From positions 3,038,001 through 3,102,000 of the forward strand of contig CM030337.1 of the NCBI GenBank assembly GCA_017654855.1: a stretch of DNA of 64,000 bases. Direction: 5' to 3'. Position numbers and translations under genes: made by a program. The notes under the pieces are model-generated. The model was not told the origin of the DNA and did not search any database. It saw only the letters and a list, made by a program, of their open reading frames with translations. This DNA is from Podospora anserina (Eukaryota). This document shows, one piece after another, positions 11,839 through 24,073 of this stretch. How positions within the stretch are numbered: position 1 is the stretch's first letter; each line of letters starts with the position of its first letter.

Positions 11839-12308
11839 GGGGTTTCTGGGGGGAGTGTAGGGGTGATGTGGAATTAATGAGACGGGATAAGGTCAAGGGA
11901 AAGCGAGCGTATTGATAGGTAGTTTATTGAATGGGAGACCATGTAAAAAGTACAATTCTGTGAGAACCTCCTGTGTTCTTTGCGTGCACCCTTGCTGGTG
12001 TCTTGAGTTTATCTTGTACATTTTCTCGATTAAGATCGTCTTTCTCATATACAACCCCCATTGCTCTGTGTAGATCTCCTCCTTCTCCCTTTATAAATAG
12101 ATACAAGAAATGGCGGGGACTAAGAATACAAACAAAAGACAAGGAAAAGTTTTGTGTAAGCTGCAGTGGACTGTTGTAGGTCCAGGAGAAAAGGAAAAAG
12201 CCGAAACGCCATGCGATGCAAAAACCAACCCCTCAAAACAGAGCCTCCTCGAGGAAAAAAGGGTCTAGGACAAACCAAAAAAACCAAGAACAAAAAAGAA
12301 AACAAAAA

Positions 12309-15093
12309 TCACCTCGCAGCCAAATTCTCCGCCGCCTTGACCATAATCCCCGCCACCTTCTCCAACCTCCTCATCGCCTCCTCCCACTGCCCGTCCTCAA
12401 TCGCGTCCCTCACAGCAGGGAAATACCCCTCATCATAACTCGACCACCTCTGCGGCCCAAAAACCACATGTTTAAACTGTTTCCTTCCCGGTATCTAATT
12501 TCCCATCATTAGCACACACCCAACGCCGTCAGAGGAAGAAGAAAAAACTCACCCCATCAATATCCAACAAATCCGAATCAAACCTCCCCATCCTAGCATT
12601 ATACTCGGCCCTCATATCCCCCAGCCCGTTCGTCTCGTACCCATTCGTCGCAATAACCTTATTCTCCCACTCCGTCTCCCACTTTACAAACCTCCTAACC
12701 GCCATCCCGACTTCATCGGCCGCGTCTCTGAGTTTCGTGACCTTGAAGATCTTCTCGTCGTAACCTGTTTGGTTTCTCGCCCAGGTTTCCAAATCACCAA
12801 CCCACTCCGAAAGCTTATCCGCGTAAGCGGGCATGTCAAACGGCATGATTGGGCGGTTAGACAGCTCAAATGCCAAAAGGCCGACGACGCGGCAAAGAAT
12901 AGTGTGGTAGACCCAAGACGGGTCCCCTTCAACAGCCATCCAGTCATGGCTCTCGTACGACGAGTGGGCCGGGTAGCCAGGTCCATCAAAGTGGAGGTCG
13001 ATGGAGGCGGTACCGGCGATGTCCTGAAAGGCGACATAGTCCGAGCCGGCGCCGAGTCCTTCCAGATCAGCCGAGCGTTCGTTCCAGAGGTCGAGGAGGG
13101 ATTTGAACTGGTTTTTCGGGTCGGGGTAGTGTTCGTCTGTTGTCCTGGCTAGGACTTCAAGCAGGAGCTTCTTGAAGACGGGGTTGCCGGCGGCGTGGAA
13201 CTCGCCCCCGGTCACGGCCGTGTCGAGGTTGATGTATGCTAGCGCGTTCTCACGTAGGAAGTCGTCGTTTTGCTCGACGTATTCTGTCGAGCCGATGAGG
13301 TTGTATTCTTCCGCATCCCAGGACATGAACTCGATTGTGCGCAAGGGGCGCCAGCCTTGCGCCAGGAGGCTGCCAAACACTCGGATGACTTCCATCATGA
13401 CGGCTGTTCCAGAGGCGGGGTCGGCAGCTCCAAAGGCCCAGGCGTCGCGGTGGTTGCCGATGATGATGGACTTTTCATCCTGCTCAATGCCACCGATGCG
13501 GCCGTAGACATTCCAGATAGCTTGCTTCTCGACTTCATCTTGCTCATTCTTGAGGCGGACAATGGGTGATGAAAGGTTGCCGGTCCACCACTCGTCGATG
13601 GAAGGGACACCGCCGGCCCAGCCATCGGGAATATGTTGCCCATGTCCCTTGAGATGCTGAAGGAGAATTTGGGCATCGCGCCAGCCAAGGGGAAGACTGG
13701 GGATTTTGACGAGACCCTCGGCCTGGTCAACCTTGACACGAAGCTTGTCTTTCTTACTGCCCCAGCCGGGAGTCAACACATCACCCACTACCCAACTCAT
13801 CAGACTGACGGAGCCTCTCTGGACACCATCAGCTGGCATCCAACGGCCCAATGGTGCTGTCGGACCCTTCAGGTACCCGGCATCCTTTGGATCTGTGTAG
13901 ATGAGACAACCTGCAAATCCGGCGAGCTCAGCAGCCTTGACCTTGAGTGCCATGTCAGTTTGGGTGCCATAGTATCTGACCAAGGCAATCGCACCCTTCG
14001 TGTCGATGCCTCTGTCTTTTAGCGTCTGGAAGTCCTCCCTCGAGCCGTAGTGAGCATAAATCAGGGGCCCTTTGACATCCCCTGACTTGGAATGTCCATG
14101 GAAAGCGTATGTTTGACGGCCTGTCGTTTCACCACCGACTTCATCTTCCTCCAACTTGGCCGTCCACTTGACTTTACCGTCGTCACCCAGAATCTCCACT
14201 GCTCTGCCCCCAGCCTTGGGGTAGTTGAGGTAAACATGGTACGTGTCTCGCCTAACATTTTCCAATCCATGCCGACGGAACTGGGCTTCGGTGTACTCCA
14301 TGAGCGCAAAATCTCCTTCAGTCCCTGCCAAATGCGCATAGCTGGTGTAGCGCTTGGAGTACTCTGCAAGATGATCTGGATTCATGGAATTCTCGATGTA
14401 CAGCCTGATCCTCTCCGGCGGGAACGCGGTGCTTCCCATTCTCCTGGCCATGCTGGTGAACATGTCGCTGGCGAATATCAAGTAGAGAAACCCAAGGAGC
14501 ATGAAGATGGCGAGGATGCGGGCGACCAGAAGCAGCAGCGCCGCGCTCCCAAACTGGGGGAACGCAAAGCGCGAGGCTGGTGTTTCTGTCTCTGCATTTG
14601 CCGCCTCGGGGTCGGTATTGCTCTCCTCAGCCGTTGCAGCTCGGCGATGTAATCTTGGTAACTTCCACTTCCACCTCCAGCGCCACTGTGGTAGTGAGAG
14701 CCCTATGCGCTTCCCCCACGACGGCCGGCTTCCCCCGCGCACGTCCGAGTCGTCAATCTCCAGCTCTTGCATTTCCCGGCGCACTTGGCGGGTCTCTTCA
14801 TCTGAATCGGAATCATCGGAGCTGAACAGGCTGTCTTCGTCGTCGGTTTCAACAGTTGGCGCTCGGTAGCCACCTGGTCGGCTGCCACGCTGTGAGGCAG
14901 GATCTGTAGGATTGTGTGCATGTCGGGAGCCCCTTAGGAGGGATTGCCCCTCTACTGCGCCGGCTCCGGAATCGTCGATCGGGGAGGGGGCGAGATCTCG
15001 TTGCTGCCAGTCGCTGTTGCTGCCGCTGGCGACGGCCTCATCGTAGGTCGGTATCGGAGGTACCGGTTCGTACCGCTGTTTTTCGGAAGGCAT
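12309..15093 (-). CDS. M28 glutamate carboxypeptidase II / transferrin-receptor-like membrane protein (Tre1/Vps70 family)
   Basis: N-terminal PPIPTYDEA motif, one TM helix, PA domain, GNHRDAW, GAADPASG, WDAEEY, GAGSDY; final exon FKHVVFGPQRWSSY after an intron at ~12496-12551. Confidence 0.93.
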
Positions 15094-16201
15094 TGTGTGT
15101 AGGATGTTGCGCAAGCGCTGTGCACATTCGGGAGACGCGCGGAGGGCGGAGGGGCAACAAGAAAAAAGGAGGGATGGCCAATTTCTAGAAACGGACAAGG
15201 CAAGGCAAGATTAAATGATGGAAAGGAGGAACCGTCTTCGTTGGATGGCCACGGGCAGGGCAAATGAGCGTGGTGAAGAGTGTTGTTATCTTGGTCGTTC
15301 TAGGTCTGTAGGGAGATGCTCATCATCAGTCCAGCTGGTGTTGGAGCTGGCATCGATGGAAATGTGTTCGGGCAACGTCGCGTGCTTGTGTTCCAGGGCG
15401 GTTTGACGTCAAAATTGTCTTCCGGGATGTCGACAGCCCCCAGAGAAGGGGCAATTGGGGAAACGGTTGCCGACTTCCCGCCTGTGACAGACAGGGGACG
15501 CTTGGCGGCGTGCGACACCCAACAGCGGCCTCAAACAGGGACCCACTGGCTACTTCAGCTGTGCGTCTGCGAACTTGCTTACCTAAGGAATTATGTCCCA
15601 TCCCCTTGGCACCGCATCCTTCGACATTTACACCCATGCCTCACCTTCGCCCAGAACTATTCCAACTGCATTCTCCAAGACGCTCAAATAGCAGCTAATG
15701 CAACATTCTGTCATGGTCACTCGCCCATGGAACTCCCACCCTGTTCAACGGCACCAATCATCCAACTACCCCAGGACACCAGGGTGCCTTGCGTGATGCC
15801 CTTCTTCAAAGAAATGCTGTAGCTCCGGGCCTGGGTTCAACTACACCATGATCCATATGCATGGCTCAGCCCAATAGTGATGCTGGCGACCAGTCGGATG
15901 TCGAGGATGGCTCTGGGCAGCCTTCTCGGGCAAGCGGGGTAGGTCGCAATGAACCCGTCCAACATATCCCCTATCCCTGGTCCCGATGCACACCTTGCCG
16001 GGTTCGGTAGCATGTTTCTAGGGCTAGGTCAGGGCAGTCAGCATCACATCACGACAAGTCTACCAACCTGGCAAGGCGCTGGCAAGTCATGCAGTGAGCC
16101 AACCACCCGCGAACACCTACAAAAGCCATGGAGTCCGCACCTCGGGACAGGATTTGGTGTCCCATCACCATCACTCCCTCTGAACCCAAGGGCCTGACAA
16201 G

Positions 16202-18297
16202 ATGTCGCTTTCCAAGTTCTGTCTGTTGGCGTCTGCCTCGTTGGTGAGCTTGACCACCGGGCTGAGCACACCACATGCCAATATCAAGCGTCAGGTCTCC
16301 CAGTTGCGTGAGAGTTATGACTTTGTCATTGTTGGCGGAGGTACAAGTGGTCTCACGGTAGCTGATCGGTTGAGTGAAGCCTTTCCACAGAGTAAGCCAT
16401 CTCTCGTATCTGATCATCCACATCGTCATACAGCTAACCGAGAACCAGAAACTGTACTGGTTGTTGAGTACGGCGATGTTGAGTACGCTCCATCAAGCTT
16501 CGATCCACCGGTCGACTGGTACGGGCCGAATTCATTTCAAAGCGCCTCTCTCTGGGTATTTTTCTCCCAGCCGAACCCCGAATACAACAACTTGACGGCC
16601 CTCAGCTTTGCTGGGCAAGTGGTCGGTGGAAGCAGTGCTATCAATGGCCAATTCTTCGATCGGCCATCACGTCACGATCTTGATTCCTGGACCCAGCTCG
16701 GCGTTTCTTCAGACTGGAACTGGCGGGGAATGTTTCCCTATTTCAAAAAGGTACCGTGTGACATTTCAGAGCATAATTGACCACAGAGACTGACCCCAAC
16801 GAACACAGAGTATCAAGTTCACCGCACCATCAGCACAGGTGGCTCAGCAGTACAACTACACATGGGATCTTTCTTCTTACGGCGGCACGACACCCATCCA
16901 TTCCAGTTTTCCCCCCTTCCAATGGGCCGACAACTCCGTCGTCCTGAACGGCTGGAGAGAGCTGGGTGTCCGCACACGTCAGGACTGCGCTGGCGGTGAC
17001 AAAGAGGGTCTCTGTGCAGTTCCTACTTCACAGCATCCCATCACTGCAAGACGTTCTCATGCTGGGCTTGGCCACTACGCCGATGTAGTTGGGACTCGCT
17101 CCAATTACGATCTGCTTGTGAAGCATCAGGCAGTCAGAGTCGTCTACCCCAACGGAGTCAATTCTGGCCCTCCACTTCTCGATGTCCGATCGCTAACCAC
17201 CAATGCTCGGTTCAACATCACCGCCAATGCTGAGGTTGTTCTCTCGGCTGGCGCCTACCACACACCCACTGTTCTTCTTAGAAGCGGCATCGGTGCTGCC
17301 AATATCCTTGCAGCGTCTGGAATTACACAGGTGCTTGAACTGCCAGGAGTCGGTGCCAATCTTCAGGATCATCCTGGGAGCACAGGCGTGGCTTGGAACT
17401 GTATGTCATCCATCCCCACAAATTATCCTTCTTTTTCTAAATTCTAGTAACCCTTATGCTAACATGGTCCCTATAGACACCAAGCCTGGAAACTGGACCC
17501 CAATGCCAGAGGAAATGGCCGACCCAACTTTCAAGGCTGATGCCACGGCTGCGTTTGACGAGGTGCCAGCGCGCGGTCCTTACACCATGGCCTTGGGCAA
17601 CCAGGCCATCTACATTTCTCTCCCAAACACCACGCCCAACTACCTCAGCATCATTCGCAAAATCCTCAGACAGACAGTAGATGGATCCGCAGCATCCTTC
17701 CTGCCAGCCGACTACAGGGACAACGCAGCACTGGCCAGAGGCTACAGAGACCAGCTCGCCGTCTTGGCCAAGCTCCTCCTCAACCCCAAGGCCCCCAACC
17801 TCGAAACCCCATGGTCAACAGGTTATTCCGCCCCAGCGATCCTTCTTCATCCCCTCAGCCGTGGGACGGTCCGCCTCAACCCGGCAGATCATCTTGCTCA
17901 GCCCATTGTTGACAGCAGACACGGCAGCAACCCAGTCGACTTTGACATGCAGCTTGCTAATGTGAAGTGGTCACGAAGACTGCTTGACACACCCACGATG
18001 AAGCGCTACGGCGCGGTGGAAACTGCCCCGGGTGAAGCTGTGCAGAGTGATGCGGAGTTGTTGGCGTTTATCAAGAGCGCTGCGACGTTGAGTTATCAGC
18101 ATCCGTGCTGCACTGCTGCGTTGGGACCGAAGAATAAGGGGGGTGTGGTGGATAATAAGCTGAGGGTGCACGGGGCGAAGGGGTTGAGGGTGGTGGATAT
18201 CAGTGTTTTGCCTTTGGTTATCAGTGCGCATACGAGCTCGACGGCTTATGCGCTGGGTGAGAAGGCTGCGGATGTTATTATTAAGGAGTGGAGGTGA
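16202..18297 (+). CDS. Secreted GMC oxidoreductase (CAZy AA3-like)
   Basis: Signal peptide, DFVIVGGGTSG, VGGSSAING, VGANLQDH, HPCCTA, GVVDNKLRVHG..GLRVVD; three introns. Confidence 0.95.
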
Positions 18298-18472
18298 GTG
18301 GAGGTTTGTTTGGTGCATGTCTGTGGCGTGGGGATTTGCCACGTGTGGTTGGTCAGGAGTAATGTAGATTAGGCAGGAAGCGAGGATCAATAGGCTGACG
18401 GGCTCCCTCTTCTTTGATGATTATCTTTGCGTTTTCACAGAAACACATTTCGAGTTGCTTGTAGCCGCTGCA

Positions 18473-20584
18473 ATGGTTTCTCCCAAACCCCCCGTGGATG
18501 ATGGTCCAAAAACACAATGTGACCAATTCCTCGCCCTCCTCCTCTCCACCCACCGACCCCGCCCCCAGAGACAGCATCACATCCTCTGGGAGGCAGCCGT
18601 CACCCACGCCACCAAACAAGACTGTTCCCTCTGCAAGATCCTCACCGACGCCCTGCAAGTCTGGTTCACGCCCTCGCAGCTGGGAGGCGTCCAGCTGCAG
18701 GTCATGCTGATCATGCAACAGAGCAGTGAGAAGCAAGATCGGTTGTTGATTCAGTTCAGAACACCGGCGAGGGTGACACCCTGGACGGAGGGGCAGACTG
18801 TTAACTTCTTTGTGGATGATGGGTTATGTGGGACTGGGGGGTGGAACTTGATGAAGACCCCGGCTGCCTTGAACAAGGAAAGTTTCGCGTGGGAAAGGAA
18901 AGTAGAAAAAATGAAGGCGTGGTTGGGGCGATGTCGGGAAAGTCATGAGATGTGTAGGTCTTATGGGGGTGTGATGCTTCCTGAGGGGGTGACGGTATTA
19001 CCGAGCAGAGTGCTGGATTTGTTACCTGGGAATGGGGGCGTGAGGTTGTATGAATCGAGGGTGGGGGAAAGGGGGAGGTATGCTTGTCTTAGTCATCGGT
19101 GGGGGAAGTGTCAGCCGCTTACCACGACCCGGGCGACGTTGGGGGATTGGAAGGAAGGGTTGCCTTGGGAGAAGATCCCGAAGCTGTTCCAGGATGCGAT
19201 CGACATTGCAAGGGAGCTGGGGGTGAGGTATCTCTGGATTGATAGTCTTTGTATTGTGCAGGATGATGCGGAGGATTGGTATAGAGAGTCGAGGAAGATG
19301 TGCGCGATTTATCAGAATGCGGTTGTGACTGTAGCTGGCACGGCGGGGTTTGGGTGTGAGGATTCGTTGGTTCCGACGAGGGAGAGGACTGTGGCTGGAA
19401 AATTGAAGGATGGGACGGGTTATAGGTTTGAGGTTAGGTTGATGGATAAGCATTTGAGTGGGTCGCCGAGTCATGTTCATTTTGGGAAGACGCTGCTTGG
19501 GAGAGGGTGGGTTTATCAGGAGAGGCTTTTGTCTCGGAGGATCATACACTGTTGTTCGGATGAGTTGGTGTGGGAATGTATGGAGTCGGTGGAATGTGAG
19601 TGTCCTGAGGGGGTTAGCTGGATGACAACCGCGGATCGGTCTAGGTTGGAAATCAAGGCTATTCAGACGCGGTTGCCAAGGGAGGCGCCGGTGTCGGAGC
19701 AGCGGAGAGTCTGGCATGATATGGTCAGGGCTTATACCACGCTGGATTTGACAAAAATATCGGACAGAGCGGTTGCTATTCTCGGACTGGCAGTAGAGAT
19801 GCAGCATTCAAGGAAGGGATTGTATGCCGCGGGACTATGGGAGGATAGCTTTCTGTGTGATCTTGCCTGGCATACTGGGACGGCAACTCGAAGGGGGAAA
19901 AGGCCGACGGATCCTAGACCAAATAGGGATACGACAAAAGCTCCTACATGGTCTTGGCTCTCAGTTGGTACCTGTTGTGAGTATTGGTCTCGATCGGATC
20001 TCGGGAACGGGGAGCCATGGTGGGAGGATAGCGGTACTGTTGTCGAGAAGATTGAACTCCCTCCGTATCATACGCTTTCAGCTGCAGCACAAGGTCTCGG
20101 CTTGGTTCATGTGATCCCTGCCACGGATCTCCAGGTGGATGGTGGCACCAGCAGACTGACCACTCATGGTTGTCTGACGCTCAAGGGGAACTTGCTGGCT
20201 GGAACATCCAGTCAATCAGTGCATAACGACACACTGGAGTGGGCGGGCTGGTTCCAACGTAGCTTTGGGATCGATCTTAATCTTCAAGAATCGAGAGCAC
20301 GTGGGTTCCTTGATATTCAGACTACAAGCGAAAAGCCTATCATCCGACAGGGACAGGCAGTGTTTGGTATGCCGCTTGGTACCAGTATCGACACTGAAGG
20401 GATTCTGGATCCGATATATCGGTATCGGTACCTCCTGTTGTTGGTGTTGGTAGATGCCGATGAGCAGTTGTATGAGCGGGTGGGGATGATTGAGCTGGCC
20501 CATGGCGATTATCAGTGGAAGGCACCTGCGTGGTGGGATATTCCTTTTGAGGCCGGGACCATGACTACTATGAGAATCATTTAG
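18473..20584 (+). CDS. HET-domain (heterokaryon incompatibility, TOL-like) protein
   Basis: YACLSHRWG, FQDAI, YLWIDSLCIVQDD, MCAIYQNA, RGWVYQER, APTWSW, YERVG; intronless. Confidence 0.93.
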   Translation: MVSPKPPVDDGPKTQCDQFLALLLSTHRPRPQRQHHILWEAAVTHATKQDCSLCKILTDALQVWFTPSQLGGVQLQVMLIMQQSSEKQDRLLIQFRTPARVTPWTEGQTVNFFVDDGLCGTGGWNLMKTPAALNKESFAWERKVEKMKAWLGRCRESHEMCRSYGGVMLPEGVTVLPSRVLDLLPGNGGVRLYESRVGERGRYACLSHRWGKCQPLTTTRATLGDWKEGLPWEKIPKLFQDAIDIARELGVRYLWIDSLCIVQDDAEDWYRESRKMCAIYQNAVVTVAGTAGFGCEDSLVPTRERTVAGKLKDGTGYRFEVRLMDKHLSGSPSHVHFGKTLLGRGWVYQERLLSRRIIHCCSDELVWECMESVECECPEGVSWMTTADRSRLEIKAIQTRLPREAPVSEQRRVWHDMVRAYTTLDLTKISDRAVAILGLAVEMQHSRKGLYAAGLWEDSFLCDLAWHTGTATRRGKRPTDPRPNRDTTKAPTWSWLSVGTCCEYWSRSDLGNGEPWWEDSGTVVEKIELPPYHTLSAAAQGLGLVHVIPATDLQVDGGTSRLTTHGCLTLKGNLLAGTSSQSVHNDTLEWAGWFQRSFGIDLNLQESRARGFLDIQTTSEKPIIRQGQAVFGMPLGTSIDTEGILDPIYRYRYLLLLVLVDADEQLYERVGMIELAHGDYQWKAPAWWDIPFEAGTMTTMRII

Positions 20585-21052
20585 GACGCTTTTTAATAGT
20601 CAGCGATGTAATGGAGAACAAAGAATGGATTTTTTTGATTAGACCCCTTTTGTGATAGTGCCGATTACTCTGATTGGAATGACCGTTGTTGGCTTGTGCG
20701 ATTCCGTCCGACAGTGGTGACTTGAGAGAGAAGCTTGCTTAACCTTCCTGTGTGATAATGACGGAGATGGGCCTTTGTCTGGCGGATTCAATAGTGAAGG
20801 ATGCTCCACGTCGAGAACCAAAGCTGGATCAAAATGATGAGAAGGGTGGTTGACCCGAGGAGAAGAGAAAGGCGCGTCACAGCCAAGAGTAAACGCGACC
20901 TCGTCCGCAAAGCCATCTCACCTGGCACGAGCCTTTAGGGAGCTGCCATAAACGGAGCAACTGTCAGACGATAACAGCCAATGGGAGCAAGGCCCAACAC
21001 CTGTCACCTCTTAGATCAACTGTCGGCATGCCAAAGGTATCAAAATCAGAGC

Positions 21053-21296
21053 AGTCACTTGGTCAAGTGGTCAATGCTACCATCACAGGTTGCGCCACCT
21101 CTAGAGGCTGTGGGTTCAACTCCCACTTCCTACTAGATGTTGCGGGTTCAACTCCTGCAACCAGCAATTGTCCATGGCATGAGGGATGAGGGCTTGATAT
21201 TGCATCACTGGTGGTTACGACCTACCTAACCGCGGTATACGTCTGTGGGATTGCTGAGTAGACTGGGGGTTTCACCATGACTTCCACTTCCTTTTT
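21053..21296 (+). ncRNA. tRNA-derived Pol III-type element (degenerate tRNA-Leu-like head, second T-arm, tail and T5)
   Basis: A box TGGTCAAGTGG 21060-21070; T-arm GTGGG-TTCAACT-CCCAC 21110-21126; second T-arm GCGGG-TTCAACT-CCTGC ~21142-21158; TTTTT 21292-21296. Confidence 0.6.
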
Positions 21297-21873
21297 GCCA
21301 TCCAGCTAATCAAACTATTAATAGCCCATGACTTATGGGTTGAAGGATATGATTAGCAGTTCATATATCTTATTTATTTTATCATTCTTTTTCCTCTTTG
21401 CTTGTGTGCCTTTTCCAGGCGGAGCAGATGGAAGAGCTATCGCAGATTGATCTTTGCACCTGCCCTGTTGGTCGCATGGCACCTTCCTGCCTTTTCTGCT
21501 CGCTGCTCTTGCTGAGTCAATAGCTTGAAAACTTTCTGACAATCGTAAATAATTGGCAGGACATTTCTTCAACCCTCCATCCCCCATCTCACCATCGCGC
21601 ACGCCTTTCTACTATCTCAAAACGCCTTCAAAACAAACTCGAACGCCTCTTCATTTCAAATGTATGTGTTCAATCTTCTTCTTCAGGTCTTATAATGATA
21701 GTTTGACGCGTCCAAACGATCATTTGAGGTGTCACTATGCGACTTTGAAGCCTTATACTATCCCGAAAAGACCTCAAGTCTATCTTCGAGGGGGTTGATT
21801 TGCAAGCTCAGGGCGTCAAGATGTAGAATTCAGGCATAGAAAGCTAATATTAATTCCTCAGCAGATACCGAAG

Positions 21874-22559
21874 ATGTCTGTCGTCTCTCTCAAAGCGGCG
21901 TTGAAGGTCAGCGGACTGGCCTGGCCTGGCCATGACAATGTCCTGGCCAGACGCAGTTGGGACCACAAAGTCGAGAAGATACTGGCGGAGTTGAGGGTGC
22001 CCGCGGGCAAAAAGCACATGGTGAAAGCGATCACCAAAATGGTCGAGGAGGCGACCGATTTCGCGCACAGATTGCGCGACGAGCCGGAGGACCACTTTGG
22101 CTTCGTCGAGATGTTCGGCGCCCACTCGCGCCTGGGGGTTGCGCTCGCTCGTGCGTCGCCTGCCGTTGTGCAGGTGTTTGAGAACCTCTTCTTCGCGGTT
22201 GTGATGGCTCGCCATCGGTACTTGGAGGATTGCTTCGAGTACGACAAGGTATGTTGCCATTGCAAGGTTGAATTGAATCAATTCCTAACACCTTGTGTTG
22301 ACAGGAACCCGTCAAAGAGTTCCAGCTCTCTGCCCTGGCCAAGGCCATTGACCTGTTCAATGGGGCCGTGAGGGGCTTTTGGTCCAATACCGAGCTGGAG
22401 CTGTACATGAACGAGGCGGCGGACGATGTCGAGATCTTTGAGGAGGAAGATGGCGCTACTACTGGCGGCCAGCAAGATGTGGAGATGGAGGACGTTCGTG
22501 CTGGTGTTGAGGGCATGATACTCAACAACACGAAGGATGTGGAGATGGGGGGATGTTAA
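21874..22559 (+). CDS. Orphan family member A (intact), acidic C-terminus
   Basis: AAGATG start; phase-0 intron 22249-22304 joins ORFs 21874 and 22368; similar to the 25458 and 30060 loci. Confidence 0.75.
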
Positions 22560-23206
22560 TGCTGCTGGTGGTTCGTTTAGAGATCGCATTTGATGACACA
22601 TGGTTCTTTCAGTTTCAGCATTGGCATTGTTTTGCTTGATGGTCTCTTTTCGTTCAAGGCGTTCATTCGGGTTCACAATGGGCAGCATATTCTGGAGTTG
22701 AGGCATGGCTTTCTCTGTCTTTGGCACCGGATTGGTTGGCGCGCTAGGGATAGGAGCATTGTTTCGTTGCTATGAGTTTCAGGAGGCGTTGACTTCTCAG
22801 GCTAGCACATCAATCGATTGCTGATGCAGCCTTTACCTTGATCCTTTTACTCGTCAAGCAAGTGAAATCATGTCGTGTCACCAACCCCTAATGCCCAAAG
22901 TAAACATTCATCCACAGCATCGCAACCGGCTGCATAGTGGAACTCGGCGTTACAGTGGGGCCGCGCATCTTCCGGCTGATGTCGGGCCATGCCGAGCGGC
23001 TGTTCCGGGAAGCGAAGACGCATGCCACAACGTTACACTAATCCACAAGCCACACTGTGTTTTAACCCCTCCCTTGATCCATGCCGAGACGTGCTTTTTT
23101 CCTATCTCTTTTCACACCAAATCCCTCGTTTCTTTTCCACAATTATTGTTTCAAATCATCACTCCATCCATCTTTGTGTTTACCTTACCCCTGAGTCTCC
23201 ACAACA

Positions 23207-24073
23207 ATGACGTCATCCACCACCGCTGCCCCCTTTTCCCTCACCAAACACCTCCTCTCCCTCGAACCAGAGGAGTTCAAAGCCGCGACTCAGCACCCCT
23301 TTTTGCTCGCTGCAGCAAAAGGGACGCTCCCCAAAGATGTGCTGAGTCATTGGCTGGTGAATGACCGGTTGTATATCCATGCTTATATCCGAGCTGCGGG
23401 ACAGTTGCTCGCTAGTCTGGAGCTGCCGAAGCATTTACCTGGGGTTGAACAGCCGGGGGAAGAGGATGAGGCGTTCGAAGTTAGACTGGTGGATTGGCTG
23501 ATTGAGGCTTTGGGTGCGGTGAGGAGGGAGGAGAGGATGTTTCTTGAGGTTGGGGGGAGGTATGAATTGGTGGATTTTGTGGGAGTGAACTCGAGGGAGG
23601 CGGGGAGGGTGAAGGGGTTGGGGGTTATTGAGGGGTTGTTTAGGGATGTTGGAGGGAAGGAGAAGGGGAGGGGGTTGGGGGCTTGGTTGTTGGGGGCGGG
23701 GGGAGGAGAATTGCCGATGAGTGAGAAGATTCCTTGGTTGGAGGGGGCGGTGACGTTTTGGGGGACGGAGAGAGTTTATCTTGAGGCTTGGAGCTGGGCG
23801 AGGGGGCAGCAGGAGGAGAGGCCTAATGGGAAGAAGGATGAGGATGGTGGGGCGTTGAGGAAGGAGTTTATTCCTAATTGGAGTAGTGATGAGTTTAGGG
23901 GGTTTGTGGGGAGGTTGGGGGTGTTGATTGATCAGGCTGTGGAGAGGGAGATTGGGATGGTGGGTGAGGATGGGCAGAAACAGGAGGAAGTGAAGAAAGA
24001 AATCTTGGGGAGGGTGGAAGGGAAGTGGAGGACCTTGTTGGAGGGGGAGAAGGGGTTTTGGCCGGATGTGTGA
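23207..24073 (+). CDS. TenA/THI-4/PQQC (heme-oxygenase-like) family protein
   Basis: ATQHPFL..A.KGTL, WLVNDRLYI, FWGTERVYLEAW, FIPNWSSDEF, EKGFWP. Confidence 0.88.
   Translation: MTSSTTAAPFSLTKHLLSLEPEEFKAATQHPFLLAAAKGTLPKDVLSHWLVNDRLYIHAYIRAAGQLLASLELPKHLPGVEQPGEEDEAFEVRLVDWLIEALGAVRREERMFLEVGGRYELVDFVGVNSREAGRVKGLGVIEGLFRDVGGKEKGRGLGAWLLGAGGGELPMSEKIPWLEGAVTFWGTERVYLEAWSWARGQQEERPNGKKDEDGGALRKEFIPNWSSDEFRGFVGRLGVLIDQAVEREIGMVGEDGQKQEEVKKEILGRVEGKWRTLLEGEKGFWPDV

Noticed and set aside
21053-21135. Functional tRNA-Leu(CAG) gene
   Set aside because: The acceptor, D and anticodon stems do not pair; reported instead as a tRNA-derived element
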